Shown here piece after piece: positions 1 through 10,119 of a stretch of 53,927 nt of DNA (position 1 is the stretch's first letter; each line of letters opens with the position of its first letter). This stretch comes from a virus (lineage: Duplodnaviria > Caudoviricetes). Below the pieces are notes generated by a model. The model did not search any database. It was not told where the DNA came from and was given only the letters and a program-made list of their open reading frames with translations. The translations under genes and the position numbers were made by a program. The stretch lies in the IMG/VR virus record IMGVR_UViG_3300037585_001389, positions 1-53,927 of that record; one strand, given 5' to 3'.

Positions 1-2
1 AC

Positions 3-155
3 AAAGCTTTTGATTACAGACATCTCGGAGCGCGACAGACAGACGCATACACTTTCAGAGGTCAAGTTGATGGAATGTTGATATATGACGATGAGTTAAC
101 AGGACCGGAAGTACTAAGAAATTACAAAGCTACAAAAGGTAGTCACAGAAACTAA
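3..155 (+). CDS. 3' end of a LamG/concanavalin-A-like domain protein (truncated by window)
   Basis: Frame from nt 3 reads KAFDYRHLGARQTDAYTFRGQVDGMLIYDDELTGPEVLRNYKATKGSHRN*; FxGxxDxxxIYxxxLxxxEVxxNY is the typical LamG-like C-terminal motif. Confidence 0.65.
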   Translation, partial: KAFDYRHLGARQTDAYTFRGQVDGMLIYDDELTGPEVLRNYKATKGSHRN

Positions 156-160
156 ATAGA

Positions 161-529
161 ATGGCACATTACGAATTATATATATGCTTAAGGAAAGCGG
201 ATTACGAGTCTGCGGTACCTAGCGTGTTACAACCTAAACTTGGTTGGAATAACTACACGTACGAAGCAGATGGAGAGACTATAAAAACTACAACGGCTTA
301 TACGCCAACTTGGAAAGAAGCTGCGTTTAAAGGTAAACTAGGAGCTCCTAGAGAGAGTTTAGACGGAAACTTGATTATAGTTAAAGGAGAGTTTAGTTTA
401 CTTACAGGAGAATTATCAGCTATTATAGCTCTAGGTAACGGACTTACGTATCCGAATAACTCGGTGTTAACAAAGACAGAAGCACAAACATTAGTCTCAG
501 GTGAATTATTCTCTGAGGCAACAGAGTAA
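161..529 (+). CDS. hypothetical protein (possibly tail-associated)
   Basis: 122-aa ORF 5 nt after the previous stop. Confidence 0.65.
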   Translation: MAHYELYICLRKADYESAVPSVLQPKLGWNNYTYEADGETIKTTTAYTPTWKEAAFKGKLGAPRESLDGNLIIVKGEFSLLTGELSAIIALGNGLTYPNNSVLTKTEAQTLVSGELFSEATE

Positions 530-556
530 ATAAAAACAATTTAATTTAATTTAATT

Positions 557-835
557 ATGGGTAAAAAGAAAAAAGAAAAAGTAATAGACTTGAAGCCAGA
601 GAAGATCTCTGACGATCAGCTAAAAAGTGTACAGAATGTTGTAAGCGCTATAAACAACCTGCACGCAGACATAGGAAAATTAGAAGCTCAAAAACATAAC
701 GTATTACACACGCTTGCTCAAGGTAACGACCAGCTTAATGCTATACAAGAAGAGATGCGTAAAGAATACGGAGACATTGATATCAATATCCAAGACGGAT
801 CTATTAGATACAAAGATGAGCCATCTGATTCGTAA
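557..835 (+). CDS. small coiled-coil hypothetical protein
   Basis: 92 aa, heptad pattern, AT-rich leader (TTTAATTTAATT). Confidence 0.7.
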   Translation: MGKKKKEKVIDLKPEKISDDQLKSVQNVVSAINNLHADIGKLEAQKHNVLHTLAQGNDQLNAIQEEMRKEYGDIDINIQDGSIRYKDEPSDS

Positions 836-1037
836 GATCACGATAGGTAAAGACTACAAGAATGACTCCATGCACTATGCTGTAGGGCAAGAAGTGTATG
901 GAGGTCATACTATTTGCGATATATTAGAGGAGGATGATAAGTACTCTATATATATCCGAAAGAATAAAGCGGTTATACCTTGGAAAGATTTTAACAAGAA
1001 CATGGCTATATCAGTTGAGTATAATCTTGAGTACTGA
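816..1037 (+). CDS. hypothetical protein (MSHLIRKITIGKDYK...)
   Basis: ATG at 816 chosen inside the 714..1037 ORF to reduce overlap; stop overlaps next start (TGATG). Confidence 0.7.
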   Translation: MSHLIRKITIGKDYKNDSMHYAVGQEVYGGHTICDILEEDDKYSIYIRKNKAVIPWKDFNKNMAISVEYNLEY

Positions 1038-1633
1038 TGGATTCAGTCTACAACTATATTGTTGAGCCTCTAGGTGATAGGTATAACAATAGCACAAAAG
1101 TTGGAGACAAGGAGTTAATATTAAATACTGAGATATACAATCATCAGTATGTAAACAGAGAGGCGCGGATTTTATCTGTACCTCGAGCTGGAGCTCCTTT
1201 AAATCCTCGCGTGGGAGATATAGTTACTCTACACCATAACGTCTTCCGAAGATGGCATGACGTAAAAGGTAAAGAAAGAAATAGTAGATCCTTCCTTGAA
1301 GAAAGTAAGTATCTAGTAGCAAGAGATCAAATATACTTATATAAAAGAGAGGGTGGAGATTGGACTTGTCCTAAGGGATATTGTTTTGTTCAACCTCTTC
1401 AGTCTATAGATGAATTTGACACTGAAACAGAGAGACCTTTAATGGGTGTTGTCAGGTATACTGATGGCACAGTGGAAAAGGGTGATCTAATTGGATTTAG
1501 ACCTAGCAGTGAATTTGAATTTATCGTCGATAATCAGAAGCTATATAGAGTATTATCTAATTTTATTACAATCAAATATGAACATCAAGGAGACGAAGAA
1601 GAGTATAATCCAGGCTGGGCACAAAGCGGTTGA
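1037..1633 (+). CDS. GroES-like co-chaperonin (probably two tandem GroES-like domains)
   Basis: IVEPLGDR...KVGDKELIL...VGDIV and second half CFVQP...MGVVRY...VEKGDLIGF resemble the Cpn10 pattern; upstream of terminase. Confidence 0.55.
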   Translation: MDSVYNYIVEPLGDRYNNSTKVGDKELILNTEIYNHQYVNREARILSVPRAGAPLNPRVGDIVTLHHNVFRRWHDVKGKERNSRSFLEESKYLVARDQIYLYKREGGDWTCPKGYCFVQPLQSIDEFDTETERPLMGVVRYTDGTVEKGDLIGFRPSSEFEFIVDNQKLYRVLSNFITIKYEHQGDEEEYNPGWAQSG

Positions 1634-1850
1634 AGAGTTAATCAAAGTAGCTAAAGAAGCTATCGTTGATTCCGGTGATGATATCACCGCGGACAGACTT
1701 AAGAACGCTGCTGCTACAAAAAAGCTTGCTATCTTCGATGCTTTTGAGATACTAAACAGAATCCAAGAAGAGGAGAATCTACTTGAAGGTCGAGAGATTG
1801 AAAAGAAAGAAAGCTCTTTCAAGGGTTTTGCTGAGACACGATCTAGGTAA
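1578..1850 (+). CDS. small helical protein, candidate terminase small subunit
   Basis: ATG at 1578 (MNIKETKK...); TAATG-coupled to TerL; function from position only. Confidence 0.45.
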   Translation: MNIKETKKSIIQAGHKAVEELIKVAKEAIVDSGDDITADRLKNAAATKKLAIFDAFEILNRIQEEENLLEGREIEKKESSFKGFAETRSR

Positions 1851-4063
1851 TGTACGAACAGACATTATTAAAAATAATAGAACCTATAAAGAAAACCACT
1901 TTAACTAGGTTAAACCGAGGTAAGAAGTGGAAGTATGGTTACGATAAAGATCACGATATCGTGGTATTGTCTAAGACTGGTGTTATAGGTGAAATATATG
2001 ATATACAGGGTTTTAAGGTGGCTCTACCTAAACCTACTAAGGTCTTTAAACACGAAGATAACAAGTGGGGCAAGATAGAGCAACCTAAGGAGTTGAGCCG
2101 TTTAAAAACTATATTCGACTGGAGAAACTATCCAGACGAGCAAAAAGAGAAGTGGCACGACTATATAGACGAAGAGTTCAGGCGTAGAGACGAAGGGTTT
2201 TGGTTTACTAATGACGGTAAACCGACATACATAACCGGTAGTCACTATATGTATCTTCAATGGAGTAAAATTGACGTGGGTGCACCAGACTTTAGAGAGG
2301 CCAATCGGCTGTTCTTTATATTCTGGGAAGCCTGCAAGGCAGATAAGAGATGCTATGGAATGTGCTACCTTAAGAACCGTCGTTCAGGTTTTTCTTTTAT
2401 GTCCTCTGCAGAAACAGTTAACTTAGCCACTATATCGAGTGATAGTAGATATGGGATCTTATCTAAGTCTGGTGCCGATGCGAAGAAAATGTTTACAGAT
2501 AAAGTGGTACCTATATCAATTAATTACCCTTTCTTCTTTAAACCTATACAGGATGGTATGGATCGTCCAAAATCTGAGTTGGCATATCGAGTACCTTCTA
2601 CTAAGTTTACTCGTAAGAAAATTCAGAGTAATGAGAAGCTAGAGGAACTCGCTGGTCTTGACACAACGATTGACTGGAAGAATACTGGGGATAACAGCTA
2701 TGACGGTGAAAAGCTAAGCCTGTTGGTTCATGATGAGAGTGGTAAGTGGGAGAGACCTGATAATATATTAAATAACTGGCGAGTAACAAAGACTTGCTTA
2801 AGACTTGGAAGTAGAATTGTAGGGAAATGCCTTATGGGTTCCACTTCAAATGCATTAGACAAAGGAGGTAGTAACTTTAAAAAATTATTCAATGACTCAG
2901 ATGTTTCTAGGCGAAACCGTAATGGACAAACAAAGTCTGGGCTTTATTCTCTCTTTATCCCAATGGAATGGAACTATGAGGGATTTATTGATGGATTCGG
3001 ACTTCCAGTCTTTGATAATCCATGTGATGGAGAACGATTGGGACCAGACGGTGAATTAATAGATATAGGTGTTATAGATAGTTGGGAGAACGAAGCGGAT
3101 GGTTTAAAAGATGATCCAGATGCTTTAAATGAATTCTACCGACAGTTTCCTAGAACTACGGAACATGCTTTCAGGGATGAGAGCAAAAATAGTATCTTTA
3201 ATTTAATGAAGATATACGAACAGATAGATTACAACGAAGGTAGTAGACATGCCGCTCATACTACTACTGGTAGTTTTGGATGGGTGAATGGTATTAAAGA
3301 TTCTAAAGTAATTTTTCATCCAGATCCAGGTGGAAGATTTAAAGTTAGTTGGGTTCCTCCAGCTCATCTACAGAACAAACAAATAATAAAAAATGGTATT
3401 AAGTTTCCAGCTAATGAACATATCGGAGCATTTGGATGTGATAGTTACGACATTAGCGGTACTGTTGATGGTAAGGGTTCTAAAGGATCGCTTCACGGAT
3501 TAACGAAGTTTTCTATGGAAGATGCTCCTTCGAGTACATTTTTCCTAGAGTATATAGCAAGACCCCAAACCGCAGAGATGTTTTTTGAAGACGTGTTAAT
3601 GGCATTGGTGTTTTACGGTATGCCGCTACTCGCAGAGAATAATAAACCTAGATTGTTGTATTATTTACGCCGAAGAGGTTATAGAGGATATAGTATGAAC
3701 AGACCAGATAAAATTTGGAAGAAGTTATCAACCGCTGAAAAAGAAGTGGGTGGTATACCGAACTCAAGTGAAGATATTAAACAGGCTCATGCCTCAGCCA
3801 TAGAGATGTACATACAACAGCACGTAGGACATCTAGGTGAAGGTAATTACGGTACCGTTTATTTTAACGAACTACTGAATGACTGGGCTAGGTTTGATAT
3901 AAATAAAAGAACTAAGCATGACGCTTCTATAAGTTCCGGGTTAGCTATTATGGCTTGCAATAGACATTTATACGCACCAAATGCTAAAGTCGAAAAGCAA
4001 CCACTAGGATTGAATATAGTGAAATATGATAATAAAGGATTTAACTCCCAGATAATAAAATAA
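1850..4063 (+). CDS. terL: terminase large subunit
   Basis: Walker A-like KNRRSGFS, Walker B LLVHDESGK, coupling motif GSTSN, RNase-H-like FGCDSYD and HDASIS. Confidence 0.93.
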   Translation: MYEQTLLKIIEPIKKTTLTRLNRGKKWKYGYDKDHDIVVLSKTGVIGEIYDIQGFKVALPKPTKVFKHEDNKWGKIEQPKELSRLKTIFDWRNYPDEQKEKWHDYIDEEFRRRDEGFWFTNDGKPTYITGSHYMYLQWSKIDVGAPDFREANRLFFIFWEACKADKRCYGMCYLKNRRSGFSFMSSAETVNLATISSDSRYGILSKSGADAKKMFTDKVVPISINYPFFFKPIQDGMDRPKSELAYRVPSTKFTRKKIQSNEKLEELAGLDTTIDWKNTGDNSYDGEKLSLLVHDESGKWERPDNILNNWRVTKTCLRLGSRIVGKCLMGSTSNALDKGGSNFKKLFNDSDVSRRNRNGQTKSGLYSLFIPMEWNYEGFIDGFGLPVFDNPCDGERLGPDGELIDIGVIDSWENEADGLKDDPDALNEFYRQFPRTTEHAFRDESKNSIFNLMKIYEQIDYNEGSRHAAHTTTGSFGWVNGIKDSKVIFHPDPGGRFKVSWVPPAHLQNKQIIKNGIKFPANEHIGAFGCDSYDISGTVDGKGSKGSLHGLTKFSMEDAPSSTFFLEYIARPQTAEMFFEDVLMALVFYGMPLLAENNKPRLLYYLRRRGYRGYSMNRPDKIWKKLSTAEKEVGGIPNSSEDIKQAHASAIEMYIQQHVGHLGEGNYGTVYFNELLNDWARFDINKRTKHDASISSGLAIMACNRHLYAPNAKVEKQPLGLNIVKYDNKGFNSQIIK

Positions 4064-4064
4064 C

Positions 4065-6437
4065 ATGGCTGAGTCAGTATATGTAAATTTCCCTTCTCAA
4101 GCGGTTCCTGACCTAGAGAAAATGAGTCACGAGTACGGGCTCAAGGTGGCTAGGGCTATCGAGCAAGAGTGGTTTAAAGATTCTCACAGTAATAGATATA
4201 ACGTAACACAACAAAAGTTTCACAACTTAAGGCTGTATGCTAGAGGAGAGCAGTCTATACAGAAATACAAAGATGAATTATCTATTAACGGTGATTTGTC
4301 TTACCTTAACTTAGACTGGAAACCTGTACCTATTATACCTAAGTTTGTAGACATAGTGGTTAACGGTATGTCTGAAAGAATGTTCAACGTTAAAGCTTAT
4401 TCACAAGATCAATTCGGCGTGAGTAAGAGAACAGAGTATATGGAATCTCTTATGAGAGATATGGATGCTAAGGTTTACAATGACCAGGCAGCGGAGATGT
4501 TTAATGTTGACTTATATGAGAACAAAAAAGAAGAGTTACCAGATACGCAGGAAGAGTTGGATCTGCATATGCAGCTTAATTACAAGCAAGCCGTTGAGAT
4601 AGCCGAGGAGCAAGCTATAAACGTTTTACTTGAAGGAAATAAGTATGATCTAACTAGACGTAGGTTACTATATGATTTAACGGTGTTAGGTATTGGGTGT
4701 GTTAAAACTGGGTTTAACTGGAGTGATGGTGCTACCGTTGAGTATGTTGATCCCGCTAATATAGTTTACTCGCACACTGAATCTCCGTACTTTGACGACA
4801 TATACTATATAGGAGAAGTAAAAACTATACCTATAAATGAGTTGGCTAGAGAGTTTGATCACTTAACAGAATCAGATTTAGAGGACATACATAATAGCTC
4901 TAGCAGGATGTCATCTAGAGGTAGGCGTATACAGGGTATGGATAAAAACAAAGTGCAAGTGTTGTACTTTAATTACAGAACCCATACTAACGATGTCTAC
5001 AAGATAAAGGAGACTGGTAGTGGAGGAGACAAAGCTATAGAAAAGACTGACGCGTTTAACCCACCTGTAGATAAAGAAGGTGGTTACAGTAGGTTGCAGA
5101 GGTCTGTGGAGTGTGTTTTTGAAGGCGCCATGATTCTTGGTACAGATAAGCTTATAAAGTGGAACAAAGCTGAGAATATGATGCGCAGTAAATCTGACTT
5201 TAACAAAGTTAAGATGAACTACTCTTTAGTAGCGCCACGTATGTATGAGGGTCGTATAGAGTCTATCGTGAGTAGAATTACTGGGTTTGCTGATACTATT
5301 CAGTTAACGCATCTTAAGTTGCAGCAGGTTATGTCACGCATGGTACCCGATGGAGTGTACCTTGACGCTGATGGGCTTGCTGAAGTAGATTTAGGTAACG
5401 GCACAAACTATAACCCTCAAGAAGCGCTTAACATGTTCTTCCAAACTGGTAGTGTTATAGGTAGATCTTTCACTAGTGATGGCGACCAAAACCCTGGTAA
5501 AATCCCTATTCAACAGATATCTAATGGAGCTGGACAGAATAAAATTGGTAGTTTAATACAAACGTATAACTACTATTTACAGATGATTCGTGATGTAACC
5601 GGATTAAATGAAGCTAGAGACGGTAGTATGCCAGATCCTAAGTCTTTGGTTGGAGTACAGAAATTAGCTGCTGCTAACTCTAACGTAGCCACGAGGCACG
5701 TGTTACTTGGGTCTATGTTCTTAACAGCGGAGGTAGCTGAAGCTTTATCTTTAAGGATATCTGATATATTAGAGTACTCACCTACAGCTGATGCTTTTGT
5801 TCAGGCTATAGGAGCACACAACGTAGCAACTCTTAAAGAGATGTCTGAGTTACACTTATACGATTTCGGTATATTCATAGAGTTAGAACCAGACGAAGAG
5901 GAGAAGCAGCTATTAGAAAATAATATACAGACAGCTTTAGCTCAACAGTTAATAGATTTAGATGACGCTATAGATATTAGGGAGGTTAAGAATTTAAAAC
6001 TCGCTAATCAGCTGTTGAAGATTAAACGTAGAAAAAAACAGGAACGCGATCAAAAACTCCAGCAAGACAACATGCAAGCCCAAGCGCAGGCTAATGCGCA
6101 AGCTCAACAAGCCGCAGCTAATGCTGAGATACAAAAAAATCAGGCAAAAGCTCAAACGGACTCGCAATTAGAACAATTAAAGGGTCAGACTAAGCTTACG
6201 CACCTACAAGAGGAGGTGAGACTCAAGAAAGAGCTTATGCAATTTGAGTTCGAGCTTAACCAACAGTTGAGATCTCAAGAGCGTCAATCGACGGAAAAGG
6301 TAGAGGGTATGAAAGAGCAGGGTAAAGATAGGCGAGAAAATATGAAACAAACGAGTAAAAAGTTTGAGTCTTCAGGTAATGATATACTAGGAGGCGGAAT
6401 GGGTTTAAATAGATTTAACCCACAAGTTGGTAATTAA
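4065..6437 (+). CDS. portal protein (crAss-like)
   Basis: 790 aa directly after TerL; PIIPKFVDIVVNG, IRDVTGLNEARDG, Q-rich coiled-coil C-terminus. Confidence 0.88.
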   Translation: MAESVYVNFPSQAVPDLEKMSHEYGLKVARAIEQEWFKDSHSNRYNVTQQKFHNLRLYARGEQSIQKYKDELSINGDLSYLNLDWKPVPIIPKFVDIVVNGMSERMFNVKAYSQDQFGVSKRTEYMESLMRDMDAKVYNDQAAEMFNVDLYENKKEELPDTQEELDLHMQLNYKQAVEIAEEQAINVLLEGNKYDLTRRRLLYDLTVLGIGCVKTGFNWSDGATVEYVDPANIVYSHTESPYFDDIYYIGEVKTIPINELAREFDHLTESDLEDIHNSSSRMSSRGRRIQGMDKNKVQVLYFNYRTHTNDVYKIKETGSGGDKAIEKTDAFNPPVDKEGGYSRLQRSVECVFEGAMILGTDKLIKWNKAENMMRSKSDFNKVKMNYSLVAPRMYEGRIESIVSRITGFADTIQLTHLKLQQVMSRMVPDGVYLDADGLAEVDLGNGTNYNPQEALNMFFQTGSVIGRSFTSDGDQNPGKIPIQQISNGAGQNKIGSLIQTYNYYLQMIRDVTGLNEARDGSMPDPKSLVGVQKLAAANSNVATRHVLLGSMFLTAEVAEALSLRISDILEYSPTADAFVQAIGAHNVATLKEMSELHLYDFGIFIELEPDEEEKQLLENNIQTALAQQLIDLDDAIDIREVKNLKLANQLLKIKRRKKQERDQKLQQDNMQAQAQANAQAQQAAANAEIQKNQAKAQTDSQLEQLKGQTKLTHLQEEVRLKKELMQFEFELNQQLRSQERQSTEKVEGMKEQGKDRRENMKQTSKKFESSGNDILGGGMGLNRFNPQVGN

Positions 6438-6451
6438 TTATATAATATATT

Positions 6452-7600
6452 ATGGAAGAAGTAAAAAATGAAGAGGTAACCGAAGAGGTTACTCAAGAAG
6501 AGCCTCAGGTAGAGACCGTAGAAGAACAAGCCCCAGAGCTTGATCTAGAAAAATTTGAAAGCAAAGATGACCCAGATGTCATTAAAGTAGATTTAAGTAA
6601 ACCGCAAGAACCAGTAGATGAAGTTGAGACCAATGTCGAAGAAGCAGTTGAAGAAGTTACACAAGAAGAGGACGTCGATAACGAAGCGCCCGCACTTGAG
6701 GAAGTAACAGGCGAAGAGGTAGTAACGGAGGAAGAGGTTATAGAAGCCCTTGACGCTAATGAAGAGTCAGGTAAAGCTATACCTGAAAACGTTCAGAAGC
6801 TACTAGACTTTATGGATGAAACCGGTGGTGATCTTCAAGATTACGTAAACCTCAATCGCAATGTCGAGGATTTAGATAATCAAGAAGCTTTGCGAGAGTA
6901 CTACAAAAGAACTAAACCTCATCTAAACTCAGAGGAGATTGACTTCCTTATGGAAGATAGCTTCTCGTTCGACGAGGATGTGGATGATGAAAGAGATATT
7001 AAGAGAAAAAAATTGGCCCTCAAAGAGCAAGTTGCCGAGGCCAAGACCTACTTAGACGGGCAAAAGTCTAAATACTACGAAGACATTAAAGCTGGAAGCA
7101 AACTCACAAGTGAGCAGCAGAAAGCAATTGATTTCTTCAATCGATACAATAAAGAGTCAGAGCAGACGCAAAAAGTAGCTCAACAACAGAAGTCTAGATT
7201 TAACAAGAAGACCGAGCAGGTTTTCAATGACAAGTTCAAAGGTTTTGAATACAATGTCGGAGATAAAAAATTTAGGTATAATGTTAAGGATGCAGGCCAA
7301 GTAAAGGAAACTCAAAGCGACATAAATAACTTTATCAAAAAGTTTTTGAATGAAGATAATACAATGTCAGATGCTAAAGGTTACCATAAGAGTTTGTACA
7401 CAGCTATGAATGCGGACGCAGTTGCTAATCACTTTTACGAACAAGGCAAGGCAGACGCACTGAAAGACAGTGTAGCCAAAGCTAAGAATATCAATACGAC
7501 AGCTAGATCCACTCAAGGTGAAATGCAAGGTGGTATGAAGGTAAGGGTGCTAGGTGATGATTCTGCTTCTTTTAAGTTCAAATTAAAAAATAAAAAATAA
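6452..7600 (+). CDS. acidic scaffolding-like protein
   Basis: Very E/D-rich N-half and helical C-half, between portal and capsid genes. Confidence 0.6.
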   Translation: MEEVKNEEVTEEVTQEEPQVETVEEQAPELDLEKFESKDDPDVIKVDLSKPQEPVDEVETNVEEAVEEVTQEEDVDNEAPALEEVTGEEVVTEEEVIEALDANEESGKAIPENVQKLLDFMDETGGDLQDYVNLNRNVEDLDNQEALREYYKRTKPHLNSEEIDFLMEDSFSFDEDVDDERDIKRKKLALKEQVAEAKTYLDGQKSKYYEDIKAGSKLTSEQQKAIDFFNRYNKESEQTQKVAQQQKSRFNKKTEQVFNDKFKGFEYNVGDKKFRYNVKDAGQVKETQSDINNFIKKFLNEDNTMSDAKGYHKSLYTAMNADAVANHFYEQGKADALKDSVAKAKNINTTARSTQGEMQGGMKVRVLGDDSASFKFKLKNKK

Positions 7601-7620
7601 CAATTTAAAGAAAATTAAAA

Positions 7621-9126
7621 ATGGCAATTTCAAATCCAGGTCCCGGACACTCCGGAACCGCAGGTAGTTTAAATAGCGTGCCAGCTTCACAGAAAGCAAC
7701 GCTAGCATCAAACTACGTCGATTTCACGAGCTCCGATACTGAAGGTTGGGCTCAACAATACCTACCAGACCTTATGGAAAAGGAGGCTGAAGTGTTCGGT
7801 AACAGGACAATTTCAGGATTTCTTGCACAAGTAGGGGCTGAAGAAGCTATGGCTTCCGATGCAGTTATTTGGTCTGAACAAGGTAGGTTACACTTATCAT
7901 ATACTGGTCTTTATGATGAAAACGCTAACACTTTCGTTGTCCAAGATGATATTGATGGGAACGAGATGGATGGTTCTAATGATTTACATGGAATAAGAAT
8001 CAACGACATGGTCGTGATAGCTACTGCTCAAGGAACTATCAAATGTTTTGTTTCAGCCGTATCTAATCAAACTTGTACTGTGTTACCTTATGAGCGAGCT
8101 ACCGCAGATGCTGCTTCCGCATTCACTGATGGATCAGGTGCTACTGTTGGTACAATATTAGTTATTGGTTCTGAATACGGTAAAGGTAAGAATGGTCAAG
8201 GCGGTACCGCATCTTCGACTGATGGTTACGGTAATGTTAAACCAACTCACACTTCATTTAGCAATAAGCCAATTATCATAAAAGATTACTTTGAGGTTTC
8301 AGGATCTGATGCTTCAGCGGTTGGTTGGGTTGAGATCTCTGGTGAAGAGGGTCAAAACGGTTACCTATGGTATCTAAAAGCTGAAGGCGATACTCGCGCT
8401 CGTTTTTCTGATTACTTAGAAATGACTATGCTCGAGGCTGTTAAGGGCGTTGCGAGCGCTTCTACAGCAGACGGCTCTATTAACGGTGCTGCTAATGACT
8501 TTGGTACAGAAGGTTTATTCGCTGCTATTGAGACACGTGGTAATATTACTACTGGTGTAACTGGTGTTAACGCTGCTACTGACCTAGCTGAGTTTGATGC
8601 TATTCTAGCAGAGTTTGACTCTCAAGGCGCTATTGAAGAAAACATGATGTTCGTAAATCGCGCGACTAGTTTAGCTATCGACGATATGCTTGCGTCTATG
8701 AATTCTTATGGTGCTGGTGGTACTTCTTACGGAGTATTTGATAACTCTGAAGACATGGCTTTAAACCTAGGATTCTCAGGATTCCGTCGTGGATCTTACG
8801 ATTTCTACAAGTCAGACTTCCGTTACTTAAACGATAAGGCAACTCGTGGGTCTATTAATTCTCGTGACGCCGTGACGCCAATTAGAGGTGTTATTATCCC
8901 AGCGGGTACATCTACTGTATACGATCAGCAGTTAGGTAAGAACCTCAAGCGTCCTTTCCTACATGTTCGTTACAGGGCTTCACAAACAGAGTCACGCAAA
9001 CTTAAGACATGGGTTACTGGTTCGGTTGGAGCTACTACCTCTGATCTTGATGCAATGCAGGTACATTATCTGTCTGAGCGTTGTTTGATTACTCAAGGGG
9101 CTAACAACTTCATGTTAATGAAGTAA
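7621..9126 (+). CDS. major capsid protein
   Basis: 501 aa; position after portal/scaffold; WAQQYLPDL...WSEQGRLH...GTEGLFAAIETRG...NLGFSGFRRG; followed by a strong hairpin terminator. Confidence 0.85.
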   Translation: MAISNPGPGHSGTAGSLNSVPASQKATLASNYVDFTSSDTEGWAQQYLPDLMEKEAEVFGNRTISGFLAQVGAEEAMASDAVIWSEQGRLHLSYTGLYDENANTFVVQDDIDGNEMDGSNDLHGIRINDMVVIATAQGTIKCFVSAVSNQTCTVLPYERATADAASAFTDGSGATVGTILVIGSEYGKGKNGQGGTASSTDGYGNVKPTHTSFSNKPIIIKDYFEVSGSDASAVGWVEISGEEGQNGYLWYLKAEGDTRARFSDYLEMTMLEAVKGVASASTADGSINGAANDFGTEGLFAAIETRGNITTGVTGVNAATDLAEFDAILAEFDSQGAIEENMMFVNRATSLAIDDMLASMNSYGAGGTSYGVFDNSEDMALNLGFSGFRRGSYDFYKSDFRYLNDKATRGSINSRDAVTPIRGVIIPAGTSTVYDQQLGKNLKRPFLHVRYRASQTESRKLKTWVTGSVGATTSDLDAMQVHYLSERCLITQGANNFMLMK

Positions 9127-9140
9127 GATTATATTTGGTG

Positions 9141-9172
9141 AAACTACCCTGCCTTCGGGTGGGGTAGTTTTA
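9141..9172 (+). terminator. intrinsic terminator with cUUCGg loop
   Basis: AAACTACCCTGCC-TTCG-GGTGGGGTAGTTTT directly after the capsid gene. Confidence 0.85.
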
Positions 9173-9197
9173 TATTAATTTTTTATTATATTATATT

Positions 9198-10061
9198 ATG
9201 GCTAAAAAGCAAACAAAAAAAGTAGAGGTTCAAGAATCCTACGTAGAAGAGACAGTTGTAGTTGAAGCTCCAAAACCGGAGCCAAAACCAATTGTTAAAG
9301 AAATTAAAAGAAAAGAACCAGTTAGTAAGAAACTTGACGATGGTTGGGAAGTGAAAACTAGGCAATACTTCTTAAAGGGCCAAGGTAAACCTTTGTCTTA
9401 TATTTTAAAATCATCAAATATATATTGGTTCGATGAAGAAAAAGGTTATGAAAGAGAACTTAAGTATTGCTCTAACCAAAGAACACACTTCGTTGATGAG
9501 ATGAAAGGTGATGAACGACTTGAGCATATTATCTTTAGAGCAGGTATTTTAACTGTCCCTAAAGAAAAAGTTATCTTACAAAAACTGTTGTCACTATATC
9601 ACCCTCATAGAAACAAATTATACTATGAGTGGAAACCAGAGGTAAAAGCTGAGAGTGAAATGGGTTTCTTAGAAATGGAAATAAATGCCCTTAATGCCGC
9701 TCAAAGTCTAGACATTGATATGGCTGAGGCTGTTATGAGAGTTGAGATTGGTTCTAGCGTATCTAAGATGAGTTCTAAGGAGCTTAAGCGAGATTTATTA
9801 TTATATGCTAAGAAAAACCCTAGATTGTTCTTAGATTTAGTTAATGATGACAATGTGATGCTTAGAAACTTCGGTATCAAGGCTACAGAGATGGGGATTA
9901 TAAAACTATCCTCTGACCAAAGAACGTTTATGTGGGGGTCTAATGATAGAAAACTCATGACTGTTCCTTTTGACGAACACCCATATTCAGCCTTAGCCGC
10001 TTGGTTTAAGACTGATGAGGGAATGGAGATATACTCCAATATAGAAAAACGATTAAATTAA
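9198..10061 (+). CDS. conserved virion-module protein of unknown function
   Basis: 287 aa, P/K/E-rich N-terminus then globular region; downstream of capsid gene. Confidence 0.7.
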   Translation: MAKKQTKKVEVQESYVEETVVVEAPKPEPKPIVKEIKRKEPVSKKLDDGWEVKTRQYFLKGQGKPLSYILKSSNIYWFDEEKGYERELKYCSNQRTHFVDEMKGDERLEHIIFRAGILTVPKEKVILQKLLSLYHPHRNKLYYEWKPEVKAESEMGFLEMEINALNAAQSLDIDMAEAVMRVEIGSSVSKMSSKELKRDLLLYAKKNPRLFLDLVNDDNVMLRNFGIKATEMGIIKLSSDQRTFMWGSNDRKLMTVPFDEHPYSALAAWFKTDEGMEIYSNIEKRLN

Positions 10062-10074
10062 TAATCAATGGTGA

Positions 10075-10100
10075 TGCAACTGCCCTTCGGGGTGGTTGCA
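10075..10100 (+). promoter_or_regulatory. cUUCGg RNA hairpin without U-tract
   Basis: TGCAACTGCCC-TTCG-GGGTGGTTGCA followed by AAACTAC rather than poly-T. Confidence 0.6.
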
Positions 10101-10119
10101 AAACTACAAAAAAAGAATT

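Noticed and set aside
526-553. Fourth copy of the bipartite promoter (GTAAATA-N11-ATTTAATTTA)
   Set aside because: The second box is a weak match within a low-complexity TTTAA leader
9130-9137. TATATTTG matching the Bacteroidota -7 promoter box
   Set aside because: It sits immediately before a terminator and I see no supporting -33 element
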